A stretch of 62,653 nucleotides of DNA, filler included, from Choristocarpus tenellus KU-1152 (Eukaryota; Protista; Phaeophyceae), in assembly GCA_964200185.2 (NCBI GenBank). It is 11 parts of 11 records of this genome, joined end to end, with 100 filler letters (N's around TTAATTAATTAA, not from the genome) between each part and the next. Parts side by side here need not be neighbours in the genome. Positions count along the whole stretch, not along the records: positions 1 to 8,291 come from CAXNAD020004892.1; positions 8,392 to 16,950 come from CAXNAD020004586.1; 9 more parts are not named here. One strand, 5' to 3'. The position numbers and the translations under genes were made by a program. Numbering within the stretch: the first letter of the stretch is position 1; every line of letters starts with the position of its first letter. The notes beneath the pieces are model-generated. The model was not told where the DNA came from and searched no databases. It saw only the letters and a program-made list of their open reading frames with translations. This document shows positions 1 through 10,485 of this stretch, in pieces.

Positions 1-2591
1 GGAAACACTACAGGGGCACAAGGTGTTGGAACAGATTCATGCTCGGGGGTGCACAGGGAGAGCAGTGGAAGCAAAAATTCAAATGAATCCATCCCCCCAC
101 CAGTAGCAATTTCGCCGGTGGTGCGTGTTAGCGGCAGGGGCAGCAACCGGTATGGTGATTTCACTCTGATGGGGGGGCACGAAAGGGCAACAGGGCGGCT
201 GGATCTCACCCGTATATACTTGGTCGTCAAGACGGTGGCAGCTCCTCAGTCCACATCTCACCAGAAGAAGCGGCGACCCCTTCCTCCCGGTGCCCCGGTA
301 CCCGAACCACCTGGCCCATCCCTTGCTGAGCGCAGAACTAAGCGGTCACGTTGCCCTTCCATGTACCACCGAATGTATGACACGGAGGGCTCTCAGCATG
401 TCATAGAGAGGGAAGCAACCGGGTCCTTACCGAGTGGTCACCCCGAGTCTCTAAATGGTGGTGCCGGGAGTGGAGAAGGGGGGGGCTCTGACTCTGTCGT
501 GTTCACCTCACAGCAACAACGAGGAAAGAAACCACAAGGGAGGCCAGTAGATCAGGAGAGGCGAGGAGGACGAAGAAAATCGGAGGGTGGCGGAGGGGGG
601 GGTAAAGGGGGCAGGGCCACTGCACTCAACCACGACGGATACAATGGTGGGGGTAATCCTGCAGCTGTCGCTGCGCTCGTGGCTGGCGGGAGGGTAAACC
701 CAAACCCAATATCGGGCGCGGACCTGTCTGCCCTCATTGGTACTAGGGTGATGGGGGCTGATGACACTGTGCTCAAGGTATGTTGCTGGGACTAGTGATT
801 ACACTCATGGGTTATTTGGCTGGGGTAGTAATGATCGCTTGTAGTGGATGTCGTTGGTGAGGGGCCACTGATGGTTCTGTTAAATGTTTGGTGATTTTGG
901 TTTATGAAAGTGGGATCCTGTATCAGTTTTCCAGATTACATCAATGATATGGTGTGAGTATGGTGTATAGCTTTTAAGAAAAGATTAGTTAACATGAACA
1001 GTACCCAGTTCTTTCAGCAAGATTGGATGTATTCCATCCCCAATTCTGAAACACTCCACAAGTCTTGGATAAGAAATTACTCACACTAGCTTTTGCGTTA
1101 CCATTTACAAGGTGGAAACCACTGCCATGACTCTAGAAATATATCCAGAATTTCTGCATCTTAAAGGCTTCAATTTTGTTTGATTTGATAGACGGCGTGA
1201 GACCCAATTTGACAATGCTCAACTGTGAGTAACAATTGGGAAAAACTGAAATGCCACACTTTTCGTCAACATCTTCTGTTACGAGATCAGCCGGAAGAGG
1301 TTCTGAGGAAGGTTTTACTTACCTGACATGTTTGTATTTGTGACAGACCTTGGTTATGGCGGGGAAAACCAAAAATCAAACATATCCTGCTGGTTCTCAG
1401 TATACTACCCATGTAGCGGGTATTTGATGTGAAACTGTCATACAACTAGTATATCTAACAATAGTGAGTTAGCAACATAATAACTTCCAAGTAACAGAAA
1501 AGGTCAAGCCATGGTGCCAGGTAGGGCCCATACATATCCCCACCCCCGCACTCTCCCCTATCTACGCTTTTATTGTCCTTCTATAAAATGCTGCCAGTCT
1601 TGATCCATCCTCTGCCTTGTCGTATATACACACTCCATGCACCCCTTCTTTCCAGGAGGCCTTGGTAAATATGGAGCGGGAGCAGGCTGGACTGGAGGCA
1701 GCGGCAGCAGAAGAAGCAGCCATGGCAATGGAGGAGGTAGAGGCTGCAGCTAGGGCAGCAGAAGAGCTAAGGTCAGGCACAGAAGGAGGAAAGGGGGGCC
1801 GCCGAGGGAAGGGAGCCAAGCCCCCTGGAGATGAGACATGGAAAGCTCTCTACTATGATGAAGACTCTGGGGAGTGCTATGAGGGGGGCTGGTGGCAAGG
1901 CAAGCGTGATGGTGACGGCCTGTGTGTGTACGTAAACGGCAACATTTATGAGGGGGAGTGGCGCATGGGTAAGGAGCATGGGAGGGGTGTTCTGATGGCA
2001 CCAAACCGCTCCGTGATCTACCAAGGGGAATTTGCTGATGGGAAGCTGTGCGGAAAGGGATCATACCGGTTTGTATGTGGTGATGTTTATGAGGGAGAGT
2101 GGAAGGATAATCTTCGCCACGGTAGGGGTGTTTATGTCCGTTCACAGGGCACACGATATGAGGGGGAGTTCAAGGACAATGCTCGGTGTGGGCGGGGCTG
2201 CCTTCGGTGGCCGGATGGGAGTTCTTACGATGGAGAGTGGCTCAATGATATGAAGCACGGGCGGGGCACTCTCAAGCTTTCGAACAAATTCGTTTATGAG
2301 GGGCAGTGGGCGCAAGATGTTCCAGAAGGGCGAGGGACATGCACATACGAGGATGGACAAACCTATGAGGGTATGTTTCGAGGGGGTAAGAAGGATGGGC
2401 GTGGAACGCTGGTCTTTGCCAATGGTGCCTCCTATGAGGGAAGGTTTAGGGATGACGCAATTGAAGGATCGGGTGGCACTATGCACATGCCACGGCCCTG
2501 CGAGGATGGGGTAGGCGGTTGGATGATTCCGTTCCAGGCAGACCTCGGGAGGACACACCTCAAGGCCGGGTTTGATAGGGGGGGATTCTGA
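1..2591 (+). CDS. MORN-repeat protein, 5'-partial, last two exons (1-777, 1656-2591)
   Basis: Frame open from base 1. Donor AAG|GTATGT at 777/778 and acceptor TTTCCAG|GAG at 1655/1656, both phase 0. The last exon has nine tandem YxGxW/FxxxxxxGxG MORN repeats (e.g. YEGEWKDNLRHGRG) and TGA at 2589-2591. Confidence 0.9.
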
Positions 2592-4154
2592 GGCGTGTCA
2601 CCTACGATGCTTCCCAGCTGTCCTGGCTCGCCCTGCTTGCTGACGATGGAGCATGGTGGGGATGTTAACACTTTGTGTTTGTTGAGGCGCCTTATTGGTG
2701 TGGGTGTTTGGGGTGTTTCTTGTTGAGAGGTTGGTGTTGTTGGTGAGGTTTGCTTGTTGCATGGAATACTACCAGGTTGTGAGTATGAATACTGTTAATT
2801 GATACAATATGTTTAGTATATACGGGAGTGTGTATCTCCACGCCTTTTCCGATTTTTAAAAAGATTTTATGTGTTGTGTTTTTGTTTGGAGTGGGAGGAG
2901 GGTCTCTTGCCATCCCTGGCCACCCTTTGGGCTATTCACACAAATATACTTTTTTGTATTCACTTCTAGTATTAATACATGTTTGTTTCTAGTCTTGAAA
3001 GGGTCGCTTTTTGACTTCTGTTGTTGTGCTATTGGTGCTTGGTTCCCTTCAGTGTGTATTTTCCAGGGCAGGTCATATTAGTAGTGTGTGTAAAATGTAG
3101 TGATGTGAATTGTGACAATTCAGTCAGTTGTGATGATTTGTTTTATCAAAGAATACTAAACATAGTAACTTCAAAAAAATAGATTCTAGTCCACTATATA
3201 TATATATATATATATTCCCTTGCGAGTGCTTGCTGCACAATTCACTCCAAACTTAGTCACTCCACTTGCCTCTTTTCTCATAGTATAGTCGCCTTGCTAT
3301 ACTTGCTTGGTGCTGCGCATACACACATTTTGGTACGATAACATCAATTACAGTTGTTTGAGCCAACAAATACAATACTCATGAATTATTCCAATTCACA
3401 GCACTATCAACAGAAAAAGAGGCCTGTTTTTGAGCTTTCTTTTTCTGAAACAAAAGTACCTTCATTCATCTTCTGATCCCAGGGATCGTGCAGTCATTGT
3501 CTCTTAATTTTGTCTCTCTATCTTGGAATCCGTAAAGCTGAACAGTGTAGCTGTAGCTTAAAAGAGTGAGTTTGATGGGTGTTTTCCTGATAGTTTTTTT
3601 GTTCTTTTTTGTTGTTGTAAGTATATTCCCCATACAGCAGTGGGCGAGGTACCTGTCACTAGGCACGTTACTCTGCTCGCAGACCAAAAAGTGGGAACCT
3701 GAATGCAAGGGCATTGTGCTCATTCTACTACTTCTGCTACTCTATTTAGGCATTTTTGCTTATTGGCTGAATTGTTTGCACCAAGAACAGTCTACCCTCT
3801 CCTAGCCCCCCTCAATGCAAAAACCTATCTCAACGTACTCTGCATACTACTCTGCTTGATTCAAAGTTGATGGCTTCGCTCGATTGATGTAGACCTCTTG
3901 TACACACAAGACCGACAGCTTGTATTTCATACCATGATGTACAGAACCCGTTACTATGATAGTCTCTGTGCGCCTTCCTGCTCTCCGTCTGTCTTTTACC
4001 TACTACTGCATGGTGGCAAGCTCCACAACAAGGTGCATACTCGTGAATTGACAACCCACTAGGTCCTCTCCAGTACACGAGATAGATTGTCTCATGTACG
4101 TGAAACCAACCAATCATCACCTTTTGTGTATAGTACGTTGTAATATCCAAAGTA

Positions 4155-7100
4155 TCATAACATGTATGCTGTGGTGTGGGGTGTGCCATCCACCCTTGCT
4201 GGATTCTGCTCCTGATGGCTTCTCTTCACCTCCACTGCATATCCTTCAAAACTAACCTGCTACACAAGAAGGGATTGTGTTCTTCTGATGTTCTTCCGCT
4301 GTTCACAGCACCCTTCACTTGGCGGCTGCTGCTCTGGCTTTATGTACCTCACTGAGCTCAACAAGTACATTGGCAAACATTTCCATTGTGTGTGTCTTCA
4401 CCCCTTTGCAGTCAGGGTCACTCGACCCTGCTTGAGGCAAGCTGTTTGTGATCCCCTCAGCTTGACCTCTGCTGAAATCAGTCACACATGCTTGTTCTGG
4501 CAGCATGGTGTGAGACGATATGTTGCTGGCAACTACAACATCAGTGGGAGGTTTGCCCTCTACACATGGACACTTTGTGGCGACCATAGCCTCCTCACTG
4601 TCCTCACACTTTCCCAAGAAATCCTGTGACCTCTCTTGTGGCTTTCCATTGTTACCTCCTGTTGCAAAGGCTATCCCATTGTAAGTAACCTCTTCCATCT
4701 CAGGCGCCATTTCAATACACAACCTGGTGAAGTCTTCAAACCCCATAAGTGTTACAGGCCCCCATGCATCCCGATCCTCTTGCAACTCTATGACTGCAGT
4801 TGTGTTGTTACTATCACCATTCCTATCTCCCTCAAGAATTGCACCACCATATGAAGCTGGAGGAGTAGCAGAACTATTCACAAGAGTCTTACAATCTCCA
4901 GCAGAACACCCTCCAGGAGGATAGCCCTTGTTGTTCTTTACATGGCTTCTGCACCAACGCCAAACCTTCTCAGGTGAGATGGAGCGACCAGCGTCCTGGA
5001 TCAGTGCTACCGCCCCCTCAACCGAAACTCGACCAAAAGCACCTGAACCGAACAGAGCTCGGTGATTAAATGCTCTTCTAGCCTTGTCCTTGTCAGGGAA
5101 GAGGACTTCCAACACCTGGGTTTCATCCTTACCATAAGTATCAGCCCAGTTAAGAGTCCCAGTCTGAGGTCTTTCTTCAGGGGGGACTTCTGGATCTTTG
5201 CCGCCAACTGTCATATTACTATCGTTCCGATGTAACTGCTTCTCTTTCCCCTCTGCCTCTTGTTCTAATAAAGAGGTCGTTGTTGTTGTTGGCATATTTA
5301 CGCTGCAGCTGTTGTCCATGTCTGGCGTAGCCTCAACTTGGAGGGAAGAACCCCGTTCCTGGCATTTGCTGTGGCCTTCTTGAACCAGATCTTTCCTCCA
5401 TCCTTCCCCTCCTCTTACAACTGTGCGCTGCTGCGCCTCATGTTCCTCCTTGGCTGCTGCGGCATAGAGGAGAACAAAGTGACCAAAGCCGAAGAGCTTT
5501 CTAGAGTAGCCTGAGACCTTGTGAAGAAGCTGCATCCAACGCCTCCACACTCCACGATGTGGGCCTGAATATGCATTGCCCCTCATCTTCGAGGATACAA
5601 ACTGAGTGATGCCAATACGATCTAGCTACAATAGGGACAGTAATGGAGAATTTGATTGAGAGGGGCACAATGACAAGTGATAAATAAAATAAAAGGTTCC
5701 AAGAAACTCCTCGGACCCTTTTTTAAAACAGAATCCAATATCCCAGACTAGAAATATTGGACCACCGGCTCTGGGTCAACTAGAGTCCACGTCGAATCCG
5801 GCAGTGGTCTACTTAGGCACCAGCAACTCCACTCATCTTCTCACCGTGTCTACATCATAAGATCCGTTGTCCGAGAAGATATCTCCGTCAGTATATAGCT
5901 TAGCCAGGAGAAGTATGACTTTGGTCCGACTTACTGGTCCTGGAGCGTCTGGGTATTCGTCATAAATATCTCTAAATGCTAGTGTTACATCCATTAGGCA
6001 TGCACGAGCGTTTTGCTCACGCCTGGCTGCAGACTGCCTGGTAGACAGTGTGAGGGGAAAGGAGTGAGGTCCAGATACGTGCTACCAGTACACAATTGCT
6101 TTGCTGGTCATGTTCTAGTAGCCGTCAGTTTGAAGAGTTGCACTGCTCGATAGTAGTTCTTGGTGAACCTTCCTTTGGACAAGGCTCATTGAACCCAAAG
6201 TAGTTCATCCTATAGAGTCTTCCTTTACTAGTTTATCCCTCTACACTAAAAGGAATACCAAAGAGTGCACATATCCAGTGGAAAAATCTGTAGCTGAAAT
6301 GCAGGGGTAGCGCGGAAGACGAAATCATCTTGCAGTACACTCTAGTAGGGTGGGTGATAACATGGTAAATTATATAGTGTATTTGAGACATGTCATGTCA
6401 AGTCTTCGATACACGCTTGGTACTATTCTTACGTATGCTCACATCAACAGATGCTGTTGTCCTCTCTTCGGACGATGTCTATGGCCTCCACGTTTAAAGT
6501 TGCACTCACCCCTGGAGTGTGTATAACAACTGCTCTCTTTGTCCTCATCACTACTATCAGTAGAGCAACCTTTTGCTTCTGATACGTTTGACTCTAGTCG
6601 TCTGTGTCGTCGCTTCTGGAGACCTTTGATATCTTTCTTTCCTTTGACCAAGTCAGACCTCCCTAAATCATCAGGAGATGAAGACGAAGAGAAACCATGG
6701 GTTGTACTCGTAGGCACTGGACAAGCCCATTTTAGGAAAGCGACGTGAAGATCTCCCACTCCTGGAACGAGGAGGCCATCGTCCTCGTATCTAGAAACAG
6801 TAGTCAGGGCTGCTTCAATCTTGGACAGTGATGGAAGCGGATGGCGCGCTAACGTAGGAGATGATAAGGCTGATTCTCTGACCAGAGGGCGATTCACATT
6901 GCTGGTCAAGTTGATCCTTCTGACTTTTAGTGGGGCGGGCCTCATACCATCCAATCGTACGGCAATTATCTCCCCTCTATGTGCATAGGCCTTTGCTTGA
7001 CTGAACGTTCGCCTGATGTGGGAGGCAGTGGCATGATCACAACACATGAACATCCGAGTGCCTGATCCTGCTGCCTTCAACCGTATGTGTGGATCGCCAG

Positions 7101-7413
7101 ACGAAACCCCAAGGCCCTTCACAAACTCGCATGGCGAGGTGAAGGCATTAATTCCACATGACACCCAGATTTCCAACTCCATCGTGTTTTTCGACCTCTT
7201 GTATCCATCAACTTTGGGGTTGGTCGTATGAATAACAGTCAGGTAAGATGAGAAGTTGCACTAACATTAGAGTGAAGATGATCAGGAAATACAAATTTTG
7301 GATCATAGTTATTCTCTATTCAACTTCTGGGCATCTTATTTTCTGGTTTGAAAACCAAGTCAGAGCTGTAGAGGGAAATGAATCGGAATCCTACCTTGGG
7401 AATCTATTGCCAT
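4155..7413 (-). CDS. Uncharacterised ~786-aa protein with degenerate EF-hand-like segments; exons 7413-7395, 7211-6443, 6037-5845, 5625-4348, 4256-4155
   Basis: All four introns are GT-AG with matching phases (1,2,0,0). They join ORFs 6439..7182 and 4315..5586 into one 2361-nt frame. EF-like segments: AFRDIYDEYPDAPGPVSRTKVILLL, GAFGRVSVEGAVALIQ, MGFEDFTRLC. Confidence 0.7.
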
Positions 7414-7685
7414 TAGCTGGATCGACTTGTTTGGATCTATAGAGGTTGCGATGTTTTGAGTTTTGTGAGGATACAATAGTTTATTGAGGTTACAATTTTC
7501 AAAATCTAGAAACAGAAGGCGTTGGTGTAATACTTTACATCTCCCTCTATCCTCCCCTTAAGGCATACTCTAGTCCAGCAACTCCAAAAAGGTCCCTCAC
7601 AGAGGTACAGAACCTTGAATCTTATTCATTTTAGTGTGGTTGATTATAGTGTGACGAAGCTAGCTTATCCTCATTTGGTAGGGAA

Positions 7686-8291
7686 ATGGAATCGAAGAGC
7701 TTCGGCAGGCCGACCCCCACTTCAAAACTCATGGAGAGAGGCAATACATGGAACGGAGGTGTAGAAAGGCCTCCGGGAAGTAGACCTTGGGCCTGGCGAT
7801 CTACTTCGGAACTATCTTCGGGATTGTCTCCCGGCGCGGTTCCAGTTCGCATAGGGGGCTACCGTGGATGGCCTGCTCGAAAGCTTGTCCTTGTAGGACA
7901 TCGTCATTTCCTCGATTCCCTGCCTTCTCGGCAAGGATTGGGACAACACACAGGTGGCATGAAGGACGAGGACCGCATTGGAGATCTGCTGCATCGTTCT
8001 AGTGCGCACCGGGGAGTGCTATTTGGGTGTCTGACAGAGGTGGGGAAGAGCGGCCCATCACCTGGAGGGGAAGACAGCCTTGAGGCGGAGGATGCGTTCC
8101 ACGACGGCGTAGCAGATTTCTACCATGTGTGGACACTAGCCGAGACATTCCTCCTGGTCAGGCCAATCCTTCCCGCTGGTCCTCTGCTCGCCTGGCTGGA
8201 TATTTACCGCCAGTCGAGAGAGGATGCGAACACCACCATGGAGCGTGATGAAGTTGAGAGGGAAGTACAGGACGGTAACCCTGGCGAGCGC
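7686..8291 (+). CDS. NUP85: Nucleoporin Nup85, N-terminal part (3'-truncated by contig end)
   Basis: Segments ARKLVLVGHRHFLDSL, SSAHRGVLFGCLTEV and YHVWTLAETFLLVRPILPAGPLLAWL occur in the same order as the recalled Nup85 N-terminal motifs (RKLFNESHGIF, SKNYRSVIRACMEE, IWNLCEILF..PAGPLL..LLDW). Confidence 0.72.
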
Positions 8292-8391
8292 NNNNNNNNN
8301 NNNNNNNNNNNNNNNNNNNNNNNNNNNNNNNNNNNTTAATTAATTAANNNNNNNNNNNNNNNNNNNNNNNNNNNNNNNNNNNNNNNNNNNN
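8292..8391. other. Artificial contig linker (N44-TTAATTAATTAA-N44); identical linkers at 16951-17050, 20275-20374, 24902-25001, 28198-28297, 33897-33996, 40179-40278, 44648-44747, 47436-47535, 57837-57936
   Basis: The same 100-nt pattern with stops in all six frames occurs ten times. Confidence 0.99.
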
Positions 8392-10330
8392 ACGCCCACC
8401 CCATCCTCCCCTACCACGTCCCCTGCCACCCATATTCCGCTCTTTAGTTGCAAGGGGGTGCGGGGTTACAGAAGAGAGATCAAGAGCGTCAGGTAAACAA
8501 GATGAGTTTTTTCATCGATGGAGATAACAGGTGTGGTGATAGGTAAAGAGACGGGCGTCAACTTTGACGTGGGGGGCGGGGGGAAGGGTGTCTTTAAAAA
8601 CACAACAAAAGCTTGACACAAGAACTAAGGGGGAGTAACGTTCTTCCTGATCTAAAACCAAGCCAGAGGAGCCTATCACAACATACTGTATCACACCATT
8701 TTCACCTAGTTTTCTTTATATTGCACAAATATTGTACTATTTACTTGATTGACTAGGTAGAGCACGGAAGTGAAGAACTTTTTGCCAATAATACGATATT
8801 TTCGTGCCTGGCATGTACTAAAATCTCAAGCAGCCGCAGCAGAACATGTATCTGAATTTTTTTTTCTTGTGAACAAATGAAAAACATCGTAGTCACACTG
8901 AACGAGCCACTGTTCGCCAAAACCACTAAACAGATGCTTGTAACAATGATAGCAAGCGCAAATATAATCTCTTCCTAGGTTATCAATATTTTGCCTGTAG
9001 TCTCGAAGGTTTGCCAGAACCCCTTCACAAGCACATTTGTATCCATGCTCCTCCTTCCTTGCCCTTCCTTACCCAAGCACTGGCTGATACCACGCAATAA
9101 AACTTGAGTCCTTCGCCATACCCTACTTGTTCAACATACCTTCCCCACCTTGTCCCCTTTAGTGACCATTAAAACGACATCTGATTCACTTCCTAACTCA
9201 AAAAATCCTTGCAAAGAGGCGAGACTCACTTTCTTTGGATAGATCTTCCTCCTGGACCATGTCCAACACCTCATCAGGGATAGTAAGGTATTTTATGCTG
9301 TTCCCACGGGCGTACACCTCTGCCAGCTTGACAAACTTATCACCGTCCTTCAATTCGCAGAGAACCCAACAAATCGAGAAGGGGGTAAGGGGTGACACTT
9401 AGAGGATGGGGGGGGAGATGACGATACAATTGGGTTCTAACGTTGCAAAGAGTAGTACCCATTCGGGTCATACAATGTGGATACTTGAGCAATTCAACCA
9501 TCAACAATAATGCGAAAAAATCTCTTCAAAAAATTTAGCACCTCGAAGAATTTTCAAATGTTGACTGAATCACTGTAATGAGATAAGAGGTCCGGACAGA
9601 TTGATGATGCCAGCGGTATCAATGACAATTTGAAAGAGCGTATTGCACCATGAGGTGGAAAAGCAGAGGGAGATGTCGCCACTAAAGGCTTAGTTGGCTT
9701 GCTTGCTCGCCGATATTGTTTCAGGGCTGACCATGGGTTCCGCTTTAAAAAGTCAAATCACTCGGTTCCTCCTAAGAACTGCCCGGCACTAAACAATACC
9801 CCATTATGTACCATTTTTCAGTCCAGAGATTACCATCTCACTCAGCCTTGCAACCTTGAATGCACCAAGTGCTAGATACCTGCCCAACATCTGCCCGAAC
9901 GAGAATTTCGATTGAAATTTTACCACTTCACTCGGATAATCTTCACTCGTTGTACCACTTTGTCACAAGAAGCACACATCCCCAAAATTTGAAAGACACC
10001 AGTTGAGTGCCCCATATTTTAAAAGTGGAAGTACCCTAGATGTCCAGATAACATCGCGTAGCTTGATATTCATCCAGCTGTCACAGCTTTCCAATCTTCC
10101 ATTATATGTGTCACCATTCTTCAGCTCAACCAGCATAGGCTGGCCTAGTGCAGTCTTGAGCAAAGATAGTGGAAGCTGAACAAGAGGAAAGGGATTGGAT
10201 GAGATAGAGGTATTTATGCAAGCTTTCAAAAACGAGAAAAATATACTGAATATCCAACCGAGGGGTTAGATGGCAAAATTGCAAGCCTCCCTACCAGACA
10301 ATTCTACAGTCTGTTCGACTCGCTCACCAT
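8392..10330 (-). CDS. LSM4: U6 snRNA-associated Sm-like protein LSm4 (3'-truncated); exons 10330-10328 (ATG only), 10175-10035, 9347-9230, 8441-8392
   Basis: The spliced product [104 protein letters not shown] matches the LSm4 Sm fold plus its RG tail. All introns are GT-AG and phase-consistent. Confidence 0.96.
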
Positions 10331-10485
10331 GCTTTCCTCACTATGTCCTGGCAAGAAAGGTATTGCGTTGTTGTTAGTTGTGATCAACCCTTTCCCTTCC
10401 GCGCGCAAGTGACGACCGCGTGACGATTGTTGTCCCCACTTCCAATTGAACTACACAATGGACTAGTTGTAGCACCTTCAATAAG
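10331..10485. promoter_or_regulatory. Probable shared bidirectional promoter/5'UTR region between LSM4 and the HNH-AP2 gene
   Basis: Only 155 nt separate the two divergent ATGs. Confidence 0.5.

Noticed and set aside
1750-2671. Several overlapping ORFs on both strands
   Set aside because: Alternative-frame shadows of the MORN exon.
9140-9156. Possible 17-nt LSM4 micro-exon (AG|...|GT)
   Set aside because: Exon 3 already splices in phase to the RG-tail exon at 8441; including it would shift the frame.
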